Shown: positions 48,116-61,499 of the stretch, piece after piece
Layout: each line of letters opens with the position of its first letter
Position numbering within the stretch: the first letter of the stretch is position 1
Source: Adineta vaga
Taxonomy: Eukaryota; Animalia; Rotifera
Direction of reading: 5' to 3'
Assembly: GCA_021613535.1 (NCBI GenBank)
Contig: CP075493.1
Span: 17,298,001-17,362,000 of the forward strand
Length of the DNA stretch: 64,000 bases
Notes under the pieces: model-generated
Databases searched by the model: none
Told to the model about the DNA's origin: nothing
The model's input: only the letters and a program-made list of their open reading frames with translations
Position numbers and translations under genes: made by a program

Positions 48116-51100
48116 ATGACGCCATAATGCCGTGTTATCCGACTGAGAAAAATATTCGTTTGAACTATAGAGTTAAATTTTGCTAGTGCTTTTTTTCATT
48201 CATCATGAACTGTCGAGTTTCGACGAAGATAACATGAGCACATTATACATGCTTTAACTGTAAATCATATTTGTCCTTAAACAACTAGACTATCTTAAGG
48301 TCTAAGAATAGTTAGTCTTGTTGTTCTTGATTTCTTCAATCTTTTATTGCGAGAACCGTTTTTTCTAACTTTAGCTATTTGATTATCACTTAATTAATGT
48401 CTAGTTCAGTCTATATGATATTATTTAGATACTGACAACATAGAACAATACTTACTGACTAAATATAATTAAGAAGAGATTGCAAGATAAGAAAAAAAAT
48501 GAACAGGCAAGAAAAGCGTACTAAAATATTCATCTACTGATCAGTTTTCCAAAAAGTAATGAAAAAATATCTGTCAGATACAATTGATATAATTAAAGAT
48601 CATTAAAAGATGGGTTTTAATTCATCCGATAGATCTATCTGCTTGTAAAATTTTTTTTTTATAATATTTGCTTTCAATTTGCGTTAATCTTTGAATATGA
48701 TGATATGTATGATAATCAATAAGATGTTTGCATTAATTGAAATTTGTCACAAGCTCTTTGATTTTCAATAGATATTGCAATTGATAATAAAAAACTTATT
48801 GCTGGTATTCATAGCACTACAATAAGCATGAAACTAATCCTGTTATATTTATAAAATCTCATCCTTTTTTAATGATTGAAGACAATACTTTAGCAATACA
48901 TTTTTTTAGTTGTGTAAAAAACCGTATATAATCATACTTCGATACTGTGGAACAAAAGATACTTCTACATGCTGATTTATTTCAAATAAATATAGGTATA
49001 CTTCCTCAAAAAATGTCCGACTGCATTTTTTCTTTAAAATGCTAGTTTATTTTTGGTGATTTTCGGCGCATTTATACATATACCATAGATCACCTTCAAT
49101 TGTACAAGAAGATGCCATCTAATTATTGCTTTGCGACAACAAATTTGTGTTGCCTAACTTCATGCATTTTAAGTAATGCTTCTGAAGAATTGAAAATAAG
49201 ACGTAATTCGATATTTAGAATCAGCATCTTTCTCCTAAACGGATGCCTTATCCAAAATATCCATATAGCAAGCAAGCGTTTCATTAATCTGTGTACTACT
49301 TATAGTATATGATTAATACAAAAAACATCATACATGCCTCGTTGAAAAAGTTCAGTGCTGTTGCATTGATTATCGTTAATGAATAAGTTGTACAAAGCAT
49401 TAGAAAAATGACATTGCATGATTCTGCAATTCAAATTTTGTTTTTGTATCTATTAATAAACTCTAGAAATGTCGGGGAAAGCTTTCTGAATCACGAGATT
49501 ATAGATAAGTTCACAAAGTTATAGGTTAGATAACGCTATAGAAATAGCTCATAAGAACACATCTCATAATCGTAATATATTTTTTGCTCTGAACGATGAG
49601 TCTAAACTCGAACCCAAACTCCCAAATAGTTTGGGTTTGAGTTTGGGATTGGTGTATGCCTACTTGGGATCTAACAGTTTTTTTGCCCTGGCTTGTCCTG
49701 TCGTCCTGTGACTATCTGTCCTGTAATATAGGACAGGACGGAACCCATCTTGAGGGTGGGTGTTGATGTAAATGTGTGAAAGTGGATGATATAGCGTCGG
49801 TATGGGTGAGAAAAAAATTTCAAACGTTTCCTTGTGTATAAAATTGCTAGATCAATTTGTCTCAGTATTGGCACACGCAGAAAATATGTCTTCCACAGTC
49901 GAGGGTAAAGTGAGTCGGCACGAAGAACGTTATTTGTAAATACAGGTGAACTACGCGAAAAGAGTGGAATACTGGATTGCATGAATTTTGAAAGATACTA
50001 CAGAGAATCCATGGCAATCCATCAAGCCACAATTCCACTCTTTCCTCCTGAGAGAAACGTTCGTGACCAATTCTTCCACCGACAGAAGTGAAATCATACC
50101 ATGGAAATAACCGTTTTGAAAAAAGAAGAAAAGCTGTATTTTCTCCAAAAATTATTGGGACTTAGTTTTTTTGAATTTTTGAATAAACACCACGTCATTT
50201 CTGAAGACAATGACTTGCTGAGGATGAGAGGGCGAGAATGAGGAGTAGAATTAATGGTGAGGGTGCACTGAAATATTGATGTAGTGAATAAGTACAAATA
50301 AATGCTCTGTAGAGAATAAATCTTAAAAAAAGAAACCTTGAGGGCTCCTCTCCTTGCACTTACCCTAGGACGTTCATTCTCGATCTTGTTTCTGACACTC
50401 ATACGCACCCACACGCCTATTTATCTTTATTGTTTACAATCCCACTCATTCAAATTCACTATTACACATCCATAAAAATCTAGAAACATGCTCTATATAT
50501 GAGTTCATATGTATGTTTCCATATGTATTGTTCAACGATGTAATGAGGCAAGTGTATGAAGCATTAAATATGTTGCTTTCACTAGTCTATGTGGACAGCG
50601 TGCGTAATATTTGAAATAATGTCACACCAGTAGTATAATTTATTTCCAGAAACAGGTTTGATTGGTACGATGCATTGAGAAGTGACAGTCACAGATGAAT
50701 GGCTTTATAACTACCCTAGAAAACATGTGACGATAAAGTTCATTCTATCATCTGTGTAAATAAATATAATTAGGGTAAGGATGTGCATAAACAGATCTTT
50801 TTTCATACTATATGGGAACACCAAACTGTTCTATTACGATTGAAATGGGACGCATATGGTCCTACACAAAATACTCTACTAATTATAATTCTATCTCTAC
50901 ATTGTATGACTTTTTATAAGAAAAAATCCATATAACTAATGTCATATGGTTAGAAATCGTTCTGTTTGTACAGAAAATTCAGGTTGGGTCTTAGATCCAT
51001 CTTTCGATTGAAGTATCGGAATTTCAAGAGTATAAAACAATGAGACCAAACAATTTATTGTTTTCTGAACTATCTAATAAAAGGTAATCTAGGTAACTGA

Positions 51101-52656
51101 GACCATACAGTTTATTTAACGCTTTCGGGGGTGATGTGATTTTGAAAAGTTTGCAAAGAGATTTACGAAACGGATTTTATACGTTCAATTAATCATTCTT
51201 AATTAGCGCACTACCATGCGTAGTCTTTTATGAAAAAGATGAGCGTAAATATCTGCGAAAAATCTGTTACGCGAAGACATGTTCTAGAAACATTTTATTT
51301 CTATTGCTGACTACCGTTCGGAAGTTAGAGTATGCGCCGTTGGTGGGCAATATCGTCATTAAAGAGCTAACGAAGATTCGACTTTATACTGCGGATTATA
51401 CTGAATTGTTCCGATCGTTATACCAATTCAAAACTTTTTTATGCAAAACAAATCACTGTTGGCTTTATCGAAAGGAAATCCAAAGAGCCTTTAAGAAATT
51501 CGCAGGATGATGTAAGGAAACTATTGTGCATTTTCTTCTTATTGTGGTTATGTGGAAATACTCTTCTAAAATACGAGTGCAACAAGATAAAAGAAAATAC
51601 TTCAGCTTTTCTGATGTTGTTAAAATATTATGATTACTAGTGGAAATAAGAAAAGTAAAAGGCTAGAAAGGTCAGAGGAATTAAATGTATGATTATGTGT
51701 AGAGCGAGATGTCAATTTTCTAGTTCCTTTTATACATGCATATGTTTTCTAACAGTTCTTATTATTCACTTTAGTGTGGAGATTCAACTTATGAAAGGAT
51801 AGAAGTATCGGCAAATGCACGATTGTGCGCTGCTTGTTGGAGCATTTCATCGGCTCGAAATTTCAAAGAATAAGATGTTCAGTATGCGTGTGTCCATACC
51901 AGGGTGCACTTTTACTTACCTGCATATGAATACACAGACGAAAAAGTTAGATATTAAAATGTATTTTATACTCGATATGATAAAAAATACCCGTCACTGT
52001 ATGGCCAAGTTAAAGAGCCATTTTGACACGCTTACCGTATATAAAAGAACACAAATATGGCACAAGCTGACTGAAAACCTCTGTTCTTCCTTTCTCCTTT
52101 TTCAAAGCGACAAGTTAATTTTTTATATACAAGTTCTAATTATAAATACTGTTGCCATATTTTAACATAATTCAACAGATATGGTTGCATATATCTTCAT
52201 GTAGCACTCTTTTAACCATATGGCGTTTTCCCGTAAAGGACATAATATTAATCCTTCACAAAATAGCCTACTGCAACTCCATTCCTTGCTCCAAAGAACG
52301 TACCTCATAAAGACGGCGCATTTATACTTATTATTCTTACTATTTCATGAATGTGAACTATATTAGCACAGGATGCAACAAACTACAACGCCCCACCGCA
52401 TCATACAAAACTTCTAGTTAACTATTTATGAGTAGCATCTATGTTTTCACAAAAACATGTGTCTTTTCTTCTGAATATTATAGTATGATATCTAGGAATG
52501 CTGGCTTACCTTGTTTTAGTCGTTATTGGAATGAAGTTGACTGCCTTTTGAATTGTAACTTCAAACCATGCTAGTCAGTTGCTATGTTTTTGTTCGCTAA
52601 GGTCAATGGAAAGCACAAATCGAAAACCAGAGCGTTCTGTTCAATTGCTTAGACGC

Positions 52657-52919
52657 TGTTAGTGCAAGAGCCTTAGTTCCACCAACACTTGTGTCTCTAC
52701 AGTGTTCTACCCGTGATTGATTTATGTTAATTTAAGAGCCTTAGTTCCACCAACACTTGTGTCTCTACAGTGTTCTACCCGTGATTGATTTATGTTAGTG
52801 CAAGAGCCTTAGTTCCACCAACACTTGTGTCTCTACAGTGTTCTACCCGTGATTGATTTATGTTAGTTTAAGAGCCTTAGTTCCACCAACACTTGTGTCT
52901 CTACAGTGTTCTACCCGTG
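52657..52919. repeat. Tandem repeat, 68-bp unit, about 3.8 copies
   Basis: AAGAGCCTTAGTTCCACCAACAC... starts at 52666, 52734, 52802 and 52870. Confidence 0.95.
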
Positions 52920-53238
52920 GTTTGGTAATATGCTGTTACTTTAAAGGCAAGCTTATTTAAGCTACTAATGTTTCGAACAGAATTGGTTTTCGAAGTTGTG
53001 TAATCACTCATTCGTTGGGAATATAAATAGATAATCCATCTTTCTGAAGTGTCAAGTTGCGTATTAACTTGTAAAATTTACTCTTCGTTTAAGATTGGAC
53101 GAATATTAGTTTCATACCTATAAAAGAAAGTAACGCGCTCTAAAGTTGGTGCGGTGCTTTATGAGTTTAGTATCGACAAAGTTTCAGTGCAAAGTACTCG
53201 AAGTAACGTGTTTTATCGTAAAAATTGACTAATAGGGA

Positions 53239-53678
53239 ACGGTCACCAACTGTCCAGTCGTTTTTGAATTAATATTTTGTGGAATCCACATATATTTTAT
53301 GAAAAAAGAAAGTGAATGTAAGTTTTTCGTCGAGAAATTTAGCCCACTTTTCGTCCCTATCCTCGACAATAGACAGAATCCATTACAACCAGAAACTTAT
53401 AATAGATAAAACCCCATTCTAGAAGTAACTCAATTTCAAGTAAAGCCTCATCGTGTAAACGCTATAATCGCCAATAGGCTATGTGAGTTTCGCATTGTAG
53501 CCCCAAAAAGGCTTCGCTGAAAAGCGTTTTCGCTCAATACTGAAAAAGCGGTTGAAAACCCATCACTCCGCACAAACGGCCCGGCGGCCTAAATTTTCCT
53601 AGGACTATTCGAGTTTTATAGTCTCTTCTCTATAATCAGAATATCAACCCAAAAGCGACTGAATAGTTGATGACTGTA
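53239..53678. mobile_element. TIR element (same family as 54021-54620) interrupted by a HINE
   Basis: Ends CGGTCACCAACTGTCCAGTCGTTTTTG / CAAAAGCGACTGAATAGTTGATGACTG|TA. Confidence 0.6.
53276..53530 (+). mobile_element. Second Helentron-like (HINE) element
   Basis: TGTGGAATCCACAT (53278) ... ATGTGAGTTTCGCA-TTG-TAGCCCCAAAAAGGCTTCGCTGAAAAGCGTTTT, matching the ends of 1951-2759. Inserted in a T-run. Confidence 0.6.
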
Positions 53679-54020
53679 CCTCGCAAAATGCTCATAACTG
53701 TGAATGGAAGGCTTAAGACAACTCTATATTCGACGTTTTTCGCATCTCAATAGGATGTATTCAATCTTCAAAAATCCAGCGCAATAGCGAATGAACAGCT
53801 TTTAAGGCATGAACATTAGCATCCATAAACTAGTGCATACAAATATTAATCCTTTCCTATCCTTCGGGCGCTTTGACGCCCACCTTACAGGAATCTGAAT
53901 CCTTTTGGACTAAGAAATATTTAAGGCCCAATTTCATATAAACTTAGAGTTTATCGAAACTACAATTGATTGCTTTTAGATTTGTATAAAAATGGACTAT
54001 AAATGTTTCTTAGGAGAGAT

Positions 54021-54620
54021 GGTCACTAATTGTCCAACCGCTTTTGGTTAATAATATTTTATCCATAGGTAGGGGGCTATAAGAGTGGAACAATTTGACG
54101 AAGATATGGGCCGCTGTGGCTTTGGCGCCGAGTTATGGGCTTTCTACTGGTGTTTCGCCCTTTTTTCTACATTGAACAAAAAATTAAATAACGGAGCTTT
54201 CAGCTGAACTTCGAGCAATAGATAGGTCTAATCATCATTAGAGTATTCTGGAAGTTTCAATCGAAAAAATGTCTTATATATTGAGATATTGATTTATGAG
54301 AAGACAGTCACTTGCAGCATAATATGCGCAAATTTTCAGATTACTTCAAATTCATTATCTCGATAAAGAAACCCTTTTTTCAGCTGAAACTTTCAGAATA
54401 CTTGCATGATGATCAGACCTATCTATAGTCCAAATTTCAGTTGAAAACTTCGTTTTTTAATTTTTTACCCAATACCGACAAAGGGGTAAAAAGTCAGTAG
54501 GAAGCCCATAACTCTATGCCAAATGTCTAGCAGCTCATATCCTCATAGGATATTCTAGGCTTAGAGTCTTCCACCTATGGCTAAAATATCAACTGAGAAG
54601 CGTTGGACAGTTAGTGATCC
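54021..54620. mobile_element. About 600-bp foldback/MITE (long imperfect palindrome)
   Basis: Arms pair along most of their length, e.g. ATAGATAGGTCTAATCATCA with TGATGATCAGACCTATCTAT, and GAGTTATGGGCTT with AAGCCCATAACTC. Confidence 0.8.
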
Positions 54621-55308
54621 TCACTCGTTACTTCTAAAGAACCAACTTTTTTTATAAAGTGTGTGCGCTAGAACGTAAAGGCAGAAAAGGTTTAATATGA
54701 ATATTATGATTATCAATGAGAACGTTTTACAACATTTGATCAAATATTACAGCATATATAATGCATAATACTTTACAACTACATAGATAAATTAGTTACA
54801 CTTTTTAAGCTACAAGGACGAGCTGAATATGATATATCATTCTGCCATAAGCGTGATATAATTTAAACGGCTGTATTGTTTAAGCAACCTAGCATTGGGA
54901 AAAAATACCGAGTATAGTTGATTTAAACTCTTTCTTTGATGTTTTACCAATATCAAAATCACGTCCTTGTTTGTAAAGACCATCTCATAATGATCATGAT
55001 GCAGCGTCATATTATTTTGCTTCATACTACTATCGAGCCGTATATGAAATGTTATAGTGTCTATTTTGTTCCATTCGTCGTTTCTGCATAAAAACGAAGG
55101 TAAATAATCGACGAAGCGTGAATAAGTAATCGAAGAGCAGTGAGAGTGTGTATAGTATGAAAGTAAAAAAACGATATTCATACATTGCATCCCATAAAAC
55201 GATGATTCTCATCTTGAGAAGGACTAAGAGCAGCTAAAAACTTCAACAAAAATTATATTTCTAAACCATCTCTTCAGACATAACTCTAAATGATCGGTGT
55301 GAAGCTAT

Positions 55309-55361
55309 AGGTGTGGATGTGGATGTCTTCTTATTACCCTCACCCACACCCACACCTTCAA
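55309..55361. repeat. Telomere-like hairpin element copy
   Basis: AGGTGTGGATGTGGATG-tcttcttattaccct-CACCCACACCCACACCTTCAA. Confidence 0.8.
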
Positions 55362-55749
55362 CAAATTGCCATTTGTTCCAGTATAAGTCTAATTATTTAC
55401 GCGAGAAAAAATTCTACGACGACAATGACATCAAAACTGACGTGAATAACTTTTTTGTCAGCCTAGCAATAGCAGTTTTCAGATGGAAGATACTACGGAG
55501 CATATGATCCGAAATCACACCCTAACAAATATTTCATTTTTCAAAAAGATCGATAGAATATGTTTTTCGCATCATAATGCAGCGAAAGCTACGCACATGG
55601 CCCGTTTCATTTTGCTCACACTAGTTACGACTCAGTGATTTTTCTTTTTTTCTCATTTCTCATTTCTCATTAGGATATCTAGAGTGTATAAAAATGAGCG
55701 ACACACTAAAGAGAGCGTCATTCAACGATTTCGCCAACTGGTGAGGTGC

Positions 55750-56450
55750 ATATTTCAATCCTCATTCACGAAATACAAAGGGTGATACAAACTGATGAGT
55801 ATCAATATGTCATCCAATTCTCAGATTACTAGCAACACGGAATATTTTTTCTTAGCCCTGTGTTCTTTTGTTAACTGCAATCTTAATTGTACATATATTA
55901 TGATCCAACTACAAGCCGACCACATAAACACTATGACTAACTCGAGCAAACCACGTTCGAAGCTTCATTTACCACAGTGATCCTGATGAACACTATGATA
56001 CAAACTTGAATTTCACTGAAAGCGAGATCTACTTCATTAAGCTGCATGCATCTCACAATGTGACATCAACCACATTGGTTCTTTTAAGCAGAATTACTAG
56101 AAGAGACATTGATTCTCGAAACTTTGGAATTAAATTAAGTGAGTCACCATGAAAACCTGTAGTATCATCGTTAGTCGCCATGAAAGTTATGAATTAAGCT
56201 CACCCACTCCGTAATAATTTGGTAATTAATACCATACGATAGCGTCAGAAGCCATGATCACAGATGAATAATTTGAAGATTTCATAGAGACTAAGTTTTC
56301 CATGAGAAAATGAACTCATTTCATCGTTGCGGATGTTATTGATGGATGGATCAATTTTTCGAGTAATCTAATGTTACGAACAAGGCAAGAAGTAGTTCAA
56401 TGTGGGATTCTGATGTAGGGGATCAATTATCTAAGAAAGATATGATCGAT
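55750..56450 (+). pseudogene. Possible highly decayed pogo/Tigger-type DDE transposase
   Basis: Only one recognisable motif, SQCDINHIGSFKQNY near 56053-56100, resembling QPxDxxIIxxFKxxY. Confidence 0.3.
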
Positions 56451-57997
56451 TGTTTTGGTCCACTATAGTGTGCGATAGTGAAACTTCTGTTTATTTCCGT
56501 TATATAATAAAAATCACACAGTACTCAATAGTCTGCATTTTAGTCTAGGATTTCTACGGGCGTTAATAAATTATGTGCCTGGCTGTCCATCGACCTAGTA
56601 GTAGGGACCGGCGGGACGACGTTTTTTGTCTCGTTCCAATCGGACGAGTCCCGCCCCAATCCTGAACCCGTTTTTGCGAATCTGTCGGACATATTTTTAA
56701 AAATCACATCAAGTAAGACATCATTCGATAGCATTGTATGCTATTGTGATTTTTAGACGGAAAAGTGACGTTTAGGTATACATTCTAATATTTTTGTCAA
56801 TTATATACTGTATCAGACTACTTTGTCAACTGCAGGGATAGAAATTTTTATTGAAAGCGAAAAAAGCATAAAACAGATCGCAAATGAAAGAAAAAGAAAT
56901 ACGGAAGACAAGGTCAATAAGGACGAATAAATATGGTGAAGAAAATAAAGAGATCATACGACTGAAAACAATATATGGATGAATTGCGAATTTGTTGTAC
57001 CGTTCGTAGTTCTGTTAATAAAACGTGAATAACTCCAATGTCTCATGACCGATCTTTATGAAAATTTTAGAGTATGCTCCCCTAGTTGATGCTCACTACC
57101 ACACAAAAAAATCATGAACTTATCGTTAGCCTATCTTGAAATACTGTATACACTAGGATCAGATAGCTGATTTCTGCTGCCACCTATAGGCAGAAAATGA
57201 CTCATCACTGATTGGTTTTCTGTCATTTGAATTTTGACAGTTATTGGCATTTACAGTGAACAGTATACACGTTACCGACATGACACTTGCTGGCTCTTTA
57301 ATCAAAGTTTACATCATATTTTTTTCCAAATATCATATGTACTAACTAAAGTCAATATAGTGTCACAAGAGATTTAAAAACGTGTTTGTAATCTAACAAA
57401 GCACTCAAAATCGGTCGGGTTGATTTTAAATGAAAGCTTATCGCTGGGGTAGAAGGCTATCCAAGATGATAGAAAGGTTTCACTCTCTCTTGTTATTAAA
57501 CGGAAATGAAATGAGATTTGAAAATATAGTTGTCACACTAAATGTCACAAGATATTTGATACTTTGTGTGTCGCAATAACTCCTATAAACGGAGACAAAT
57601 TGAGCTGATATTTTTATCATTTTAACTACTACTTGGGGTCAAATATCGCTGAAAATATCACGGCTGGAAAATGTTCCTATCGCATAATAGAGAGAAAAAT
57701 GTCGTAAAAATGTCACAAGAGATTTTAAAAAAAACTGGCAAATTAGATTTTTATATAGATAACTATTTTGTAACTAAGAACAGACCAAATGAAGATCGTA
57801 TTTCGGATTTTTGCGTCGAAATAGTTATTAAGACTCAAGCGAACTAACCCTATTTTATTCTCAGAGTTTATTAAATTTCATTATAAGAGTATAATCTGTA
57901 TACTGCTATTCCTATGAAAATTTGATAGTATTATTTTTGAAACAGAATTCAAGTTCGAATAAATTATCTTATTTTAGATTCTAGTTCTAGATAAAAT

Positions 57998-59715
57998 ATG
58001 GCTTCTCATGTCAAGAAAAAGCGTCTAGACTATAATCACAAATACTATCAAAAATTACAATACAAACGTCTTAAATCAGAATTATTCAATTCTGAATATA
58101 TTCGTAACCAGAATGCTAGACAACAAAAATGTAGACGATTGAAGGCGGCAAAACAACAAACAACAGTGAATCCTTCTCAGCCAACAACGACAACTGCTCA
58201 GGTACCATCAAATACAGCCGAACCACCATCAACAGCTAGAACAATCTTGCGGAAGGCTGAAGGTATTCGTCGTCGTCGAGCTTATACAAGGAAAATGAAA
58301 AATGAAAACGAAAAATTATCGAATGAAATCAAAATATTACGTAAAGAAAATTAGAATTTGAAAAAGGTTTTGTCTCAAAAGCGTCCAGGAAATGTTGAAA
58401 CAGATGATGAAACACCAGCCGTATCACCAGCAAAACTATTTCTTCAAAATGATAGTCCACGAGCAAAACAACATGCAACTAAACGACTAATTGATAAAAA
58501 AGAAACATTGCCACGTGGTTCTATTTCCAAGTTCAGGAAAAAATTAAGTATTAATCTGTCGAATGATTATACTTCATCATCTAGCAGATCTTCAACACTA
58601 CAAAACGATATAGAAGAATTCCTTTGCCAAGATGATGTTACTAAACTGGCACCTGATAAAAAGAAAAATTTGAATGGAAAACAAATCAGATACCTATTAA
58701 ATCATCTATCGACTATTCATCAACGTTTTATACTCGAAACTGATAATAATTGTCATTATTCTACATTTGCACGTTATGTTCCAGATTATGTGCTGAAGCC
58801 AAGTACTGATGATTGGGGTACTTGTTTATGCATCGTTTGTTTGAATCCACAGCTCAAACTAGAAAAATTACAACGTATAAAATTTCTATATTCAGCTGTT
58901 AAAGCATTACTTCCTGATGGTTTAACTGATATAACAGATTTAGTTACAGATGAAATGAAAACAAAGGATTTTTTGGACGATATGGTTAAATTCAAAGATA
59001 AACAATTCAATATTACATATGTCGAATGGATGAAGACAAAACATGCTAACTATAGTACGTCTGTATCAACAAAAACAACTCTTACATCATCTATTTTTGA
59101 TTTTTTAACAAAATTTTCAAAGAAAATCAAGGTATGTGTGTAGAATTTAATCATAAACGATACTTACCGTATGACGAGCTTTAACCTTATTAGATACGTT
59201 TCTTGTTGCAGAAGTAGAACTTTACGATGAGAAGATTCATATATTCATTTATTCTACAACGATAAACGATAAAGTTTTCATCTTGTTCATGATTTAGTAT
59301 CACATATTGATCGTGTACGTCAACAATTTCGTGCTGCAAAACACGCAAAACAGATGGCTATGGAACAGGATGATACAATTACAATACATTTAGATTGGTC
59401 CGAAAATTTCAATCTGAAACAAGCTCGACAAGAAGAAGGTGACTCATTGATTAGTCGATTCTCATGTTGAACTTTAGATGCTCTTAGTATCTGAACGGAA
59501 TCGTGTTCTGCCGATCGTTTACATGATTTACTTTTTCAAAGATTTATCATGAGACGATGATAACATTTCTTTTAGCATCATATTATTACGAACAACACAT
59601 CTCAATCTTAAGTGATTATGTATGGAAGAAAAATGGTTGTTTTAGTTTTGCTTCAGTATCTGATGATACTAATCATATGTTTGAAGCTACATAGGCTGTA
59701 GTACAACAGTTATAA
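57998..59715 (+). mobile_element. Decayed, intron-containing DNA transposase (tentatively Sola2-like)
   Basis: RYLLNHL...H..F, YSTFARYVP, TCLCIVCLN, then IHLDWSENFNLKQARQE (about 59385-59437) and FSFASVSDDTNH. In-frame stops present. Upstream repeated TGTCACAAGA motifs (57361, 57543, 57711). Confidence 0.6.
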
Positions 59716-59803
59716 CACAGTATGGGGTTCAGGAAGTCGAGCTAGCCTACTCTTAGAAGCATATATATATATACAAAGCTTTCTTTGTGTCTTTTATAAA
59801 GTA

Positions 59804-60632
59804 CTAGCGGAGATACCCGCTGCAAAGAGGGCACAATTTACGTTTTTCATCGACAACAGTGCTTTTCTCATCAACCACCGGACCTCTCCGTTGGTATTTA
59901 CCCGTCGTGTATCAAAAAACCCTCATAACCTCCTTTCCTGCCCTGCCTTGGCTACTTTAATCTTTCAGGTCGCCACTCAGCGCAAGTTACCTGTCTTTCT
60001 CCTCCGTACTGAAATCCTCCTATATCCCTTTTCACGTCATGCATCAGGTCTTTTTTTCAGAACTTTTCACATCTCTTCATTAATTCTTTCCTACTGGTCT
60101 TGTCTCGCTATGCATACGACATACAGCTCTGTTCCTTTCAAAATTCACTCCCACCGTCCCGCTGCAACTCCCACCCCTCGATAGATCTGCCTATTCTCAG
60201 ACGCTCGCTGCAAGTCATTCTCTAGTTTATAACCTTCACTTCGACTCCATACAGTTAGAGTAGTCATTTCACTCTAGATTCAGTTTTTTCTGAGAACCCA
60301 ACCCAGGCATTACAGTTGTCCATCTTGGATGTAGACACCAACGCCCCACCCCCATCTCTCGATGACTATTCTAACCCCATGTCGACCTTCCTGTGGACCC
60401 AAAGAAGCATTAAGGAAAGTTTGAGAATGTTATCTATCACGAAACTGCCTGAGTGAAATTTCACTCACGCCCCTCATCCACCTCACCCCCTCCGATGACC
60501 ATGCGAACCTCATGTCGACCTTTCTATGGACCTAGAGAAGCATTGTGGAAAGTTTGGTGACATTAGCTATTACAGGGACTGAATGCATAGCGAACAGACA
60601 GACAAACTTTCTTCTTTATATATATAGATAGA
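59804..60632 (-). mobile_element. Non-autonomous Helitron, 829 bp
   Basis: Minus strand A|TCTATCTATATATATAAAG...TTTGTCTGTCTG at the 5' end and GCCC...GCGGGTATCTCCGCTAG|T at the 3' end. Inserted between A and T with no TSD. Internal repeat near 60350-60440 and 60485-60575. Confidence 0.8.
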
Positions 60633-61499
60633 TTAAGAACAAATTTATTCAAAATTTCACAACTCACATTTATATTATTTTCATGTGTTTTTTAAAACTC
60701 TTATAACTCAACTAATTTAAGAGTGGTAGTCTGGAAAATTTATTCGTAGTCTTCTCTTACATAGGGGAATAAGACATACTATTCAGAATATCGGAAATCG
60801 GAATTTTTTTTCGTTGATTTTTCACTCAAAATGGTACAATAAATTCGCAATTCATCCATATCTAACGATGAAATCATATTAGTATACACGTCAAAGTCAT
60901 CCAGATAGAAGTTAATTTTGTCACTGCTTCAGTTATAAATTCTACATAAGAGACATAAAAGCTGTTCTGATTGCTACAATCAATATCCGTAGGTATATAT
61001 ATCAGGTTTTTCCCTTTTGATAGTTCTTCTGACTAGCTACAAAACTGAGCATTTGAGAAACTTCCAAACTACCGGTCATATGAGACGTATTTAGGCAATT
61101 TTGTGTTAAAATACAGTTTTTGCGCATTTTGAGACCCTTCTCAAACATTATTTTATTACAAAATTACGATTTCACTGAAAAGCAATATTAGATTCGGAAT
61201 CAGCGTTAAAAACTGGGTCGATTCATATATGTTTTAAAATGGTTTGGCCAGTAATGACAATTGTGTGCACAAAGTTTCAGCTCAATCAAATGTAGTTGTG
61301 AAGAGTTATCATGCAAACGGACGCACGGGCGGATAGACTGACCAATTGTAGTAGTGTACTCACTTTTTGAGGACACTAAAAACAAAGGTGTAAGATCAAT
61401 TTTTCGAGCCACTGTATATTCATCGTGAATGTAAGAACAAAGCGAAAATACAAACACTCCGCGAACAACAAAACGTTATTATTACAGATGCTGCTCCTA

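Noticed and set aside
48850-49450. Possible hAT transposase C-terminal relic
   Set aside because: Only a weak ASLKKFSAV resemblance, with no supporting termini.
49604-49648. Small palindrome CCCAAACTCCCAAA...TTTGGGTTTGAGTTTGGG as a member of the hairpin family or a terminator
   Set aside because: Opposite arm order and a different hexamer, and only a single instance. Probably a MITE fragment.
52657-52919. CRISPR-like array
   Set aside because: The units are contiguous near-identical 68-mers with no unique spacers, there are no cas genes, and the context is eukaryotic.
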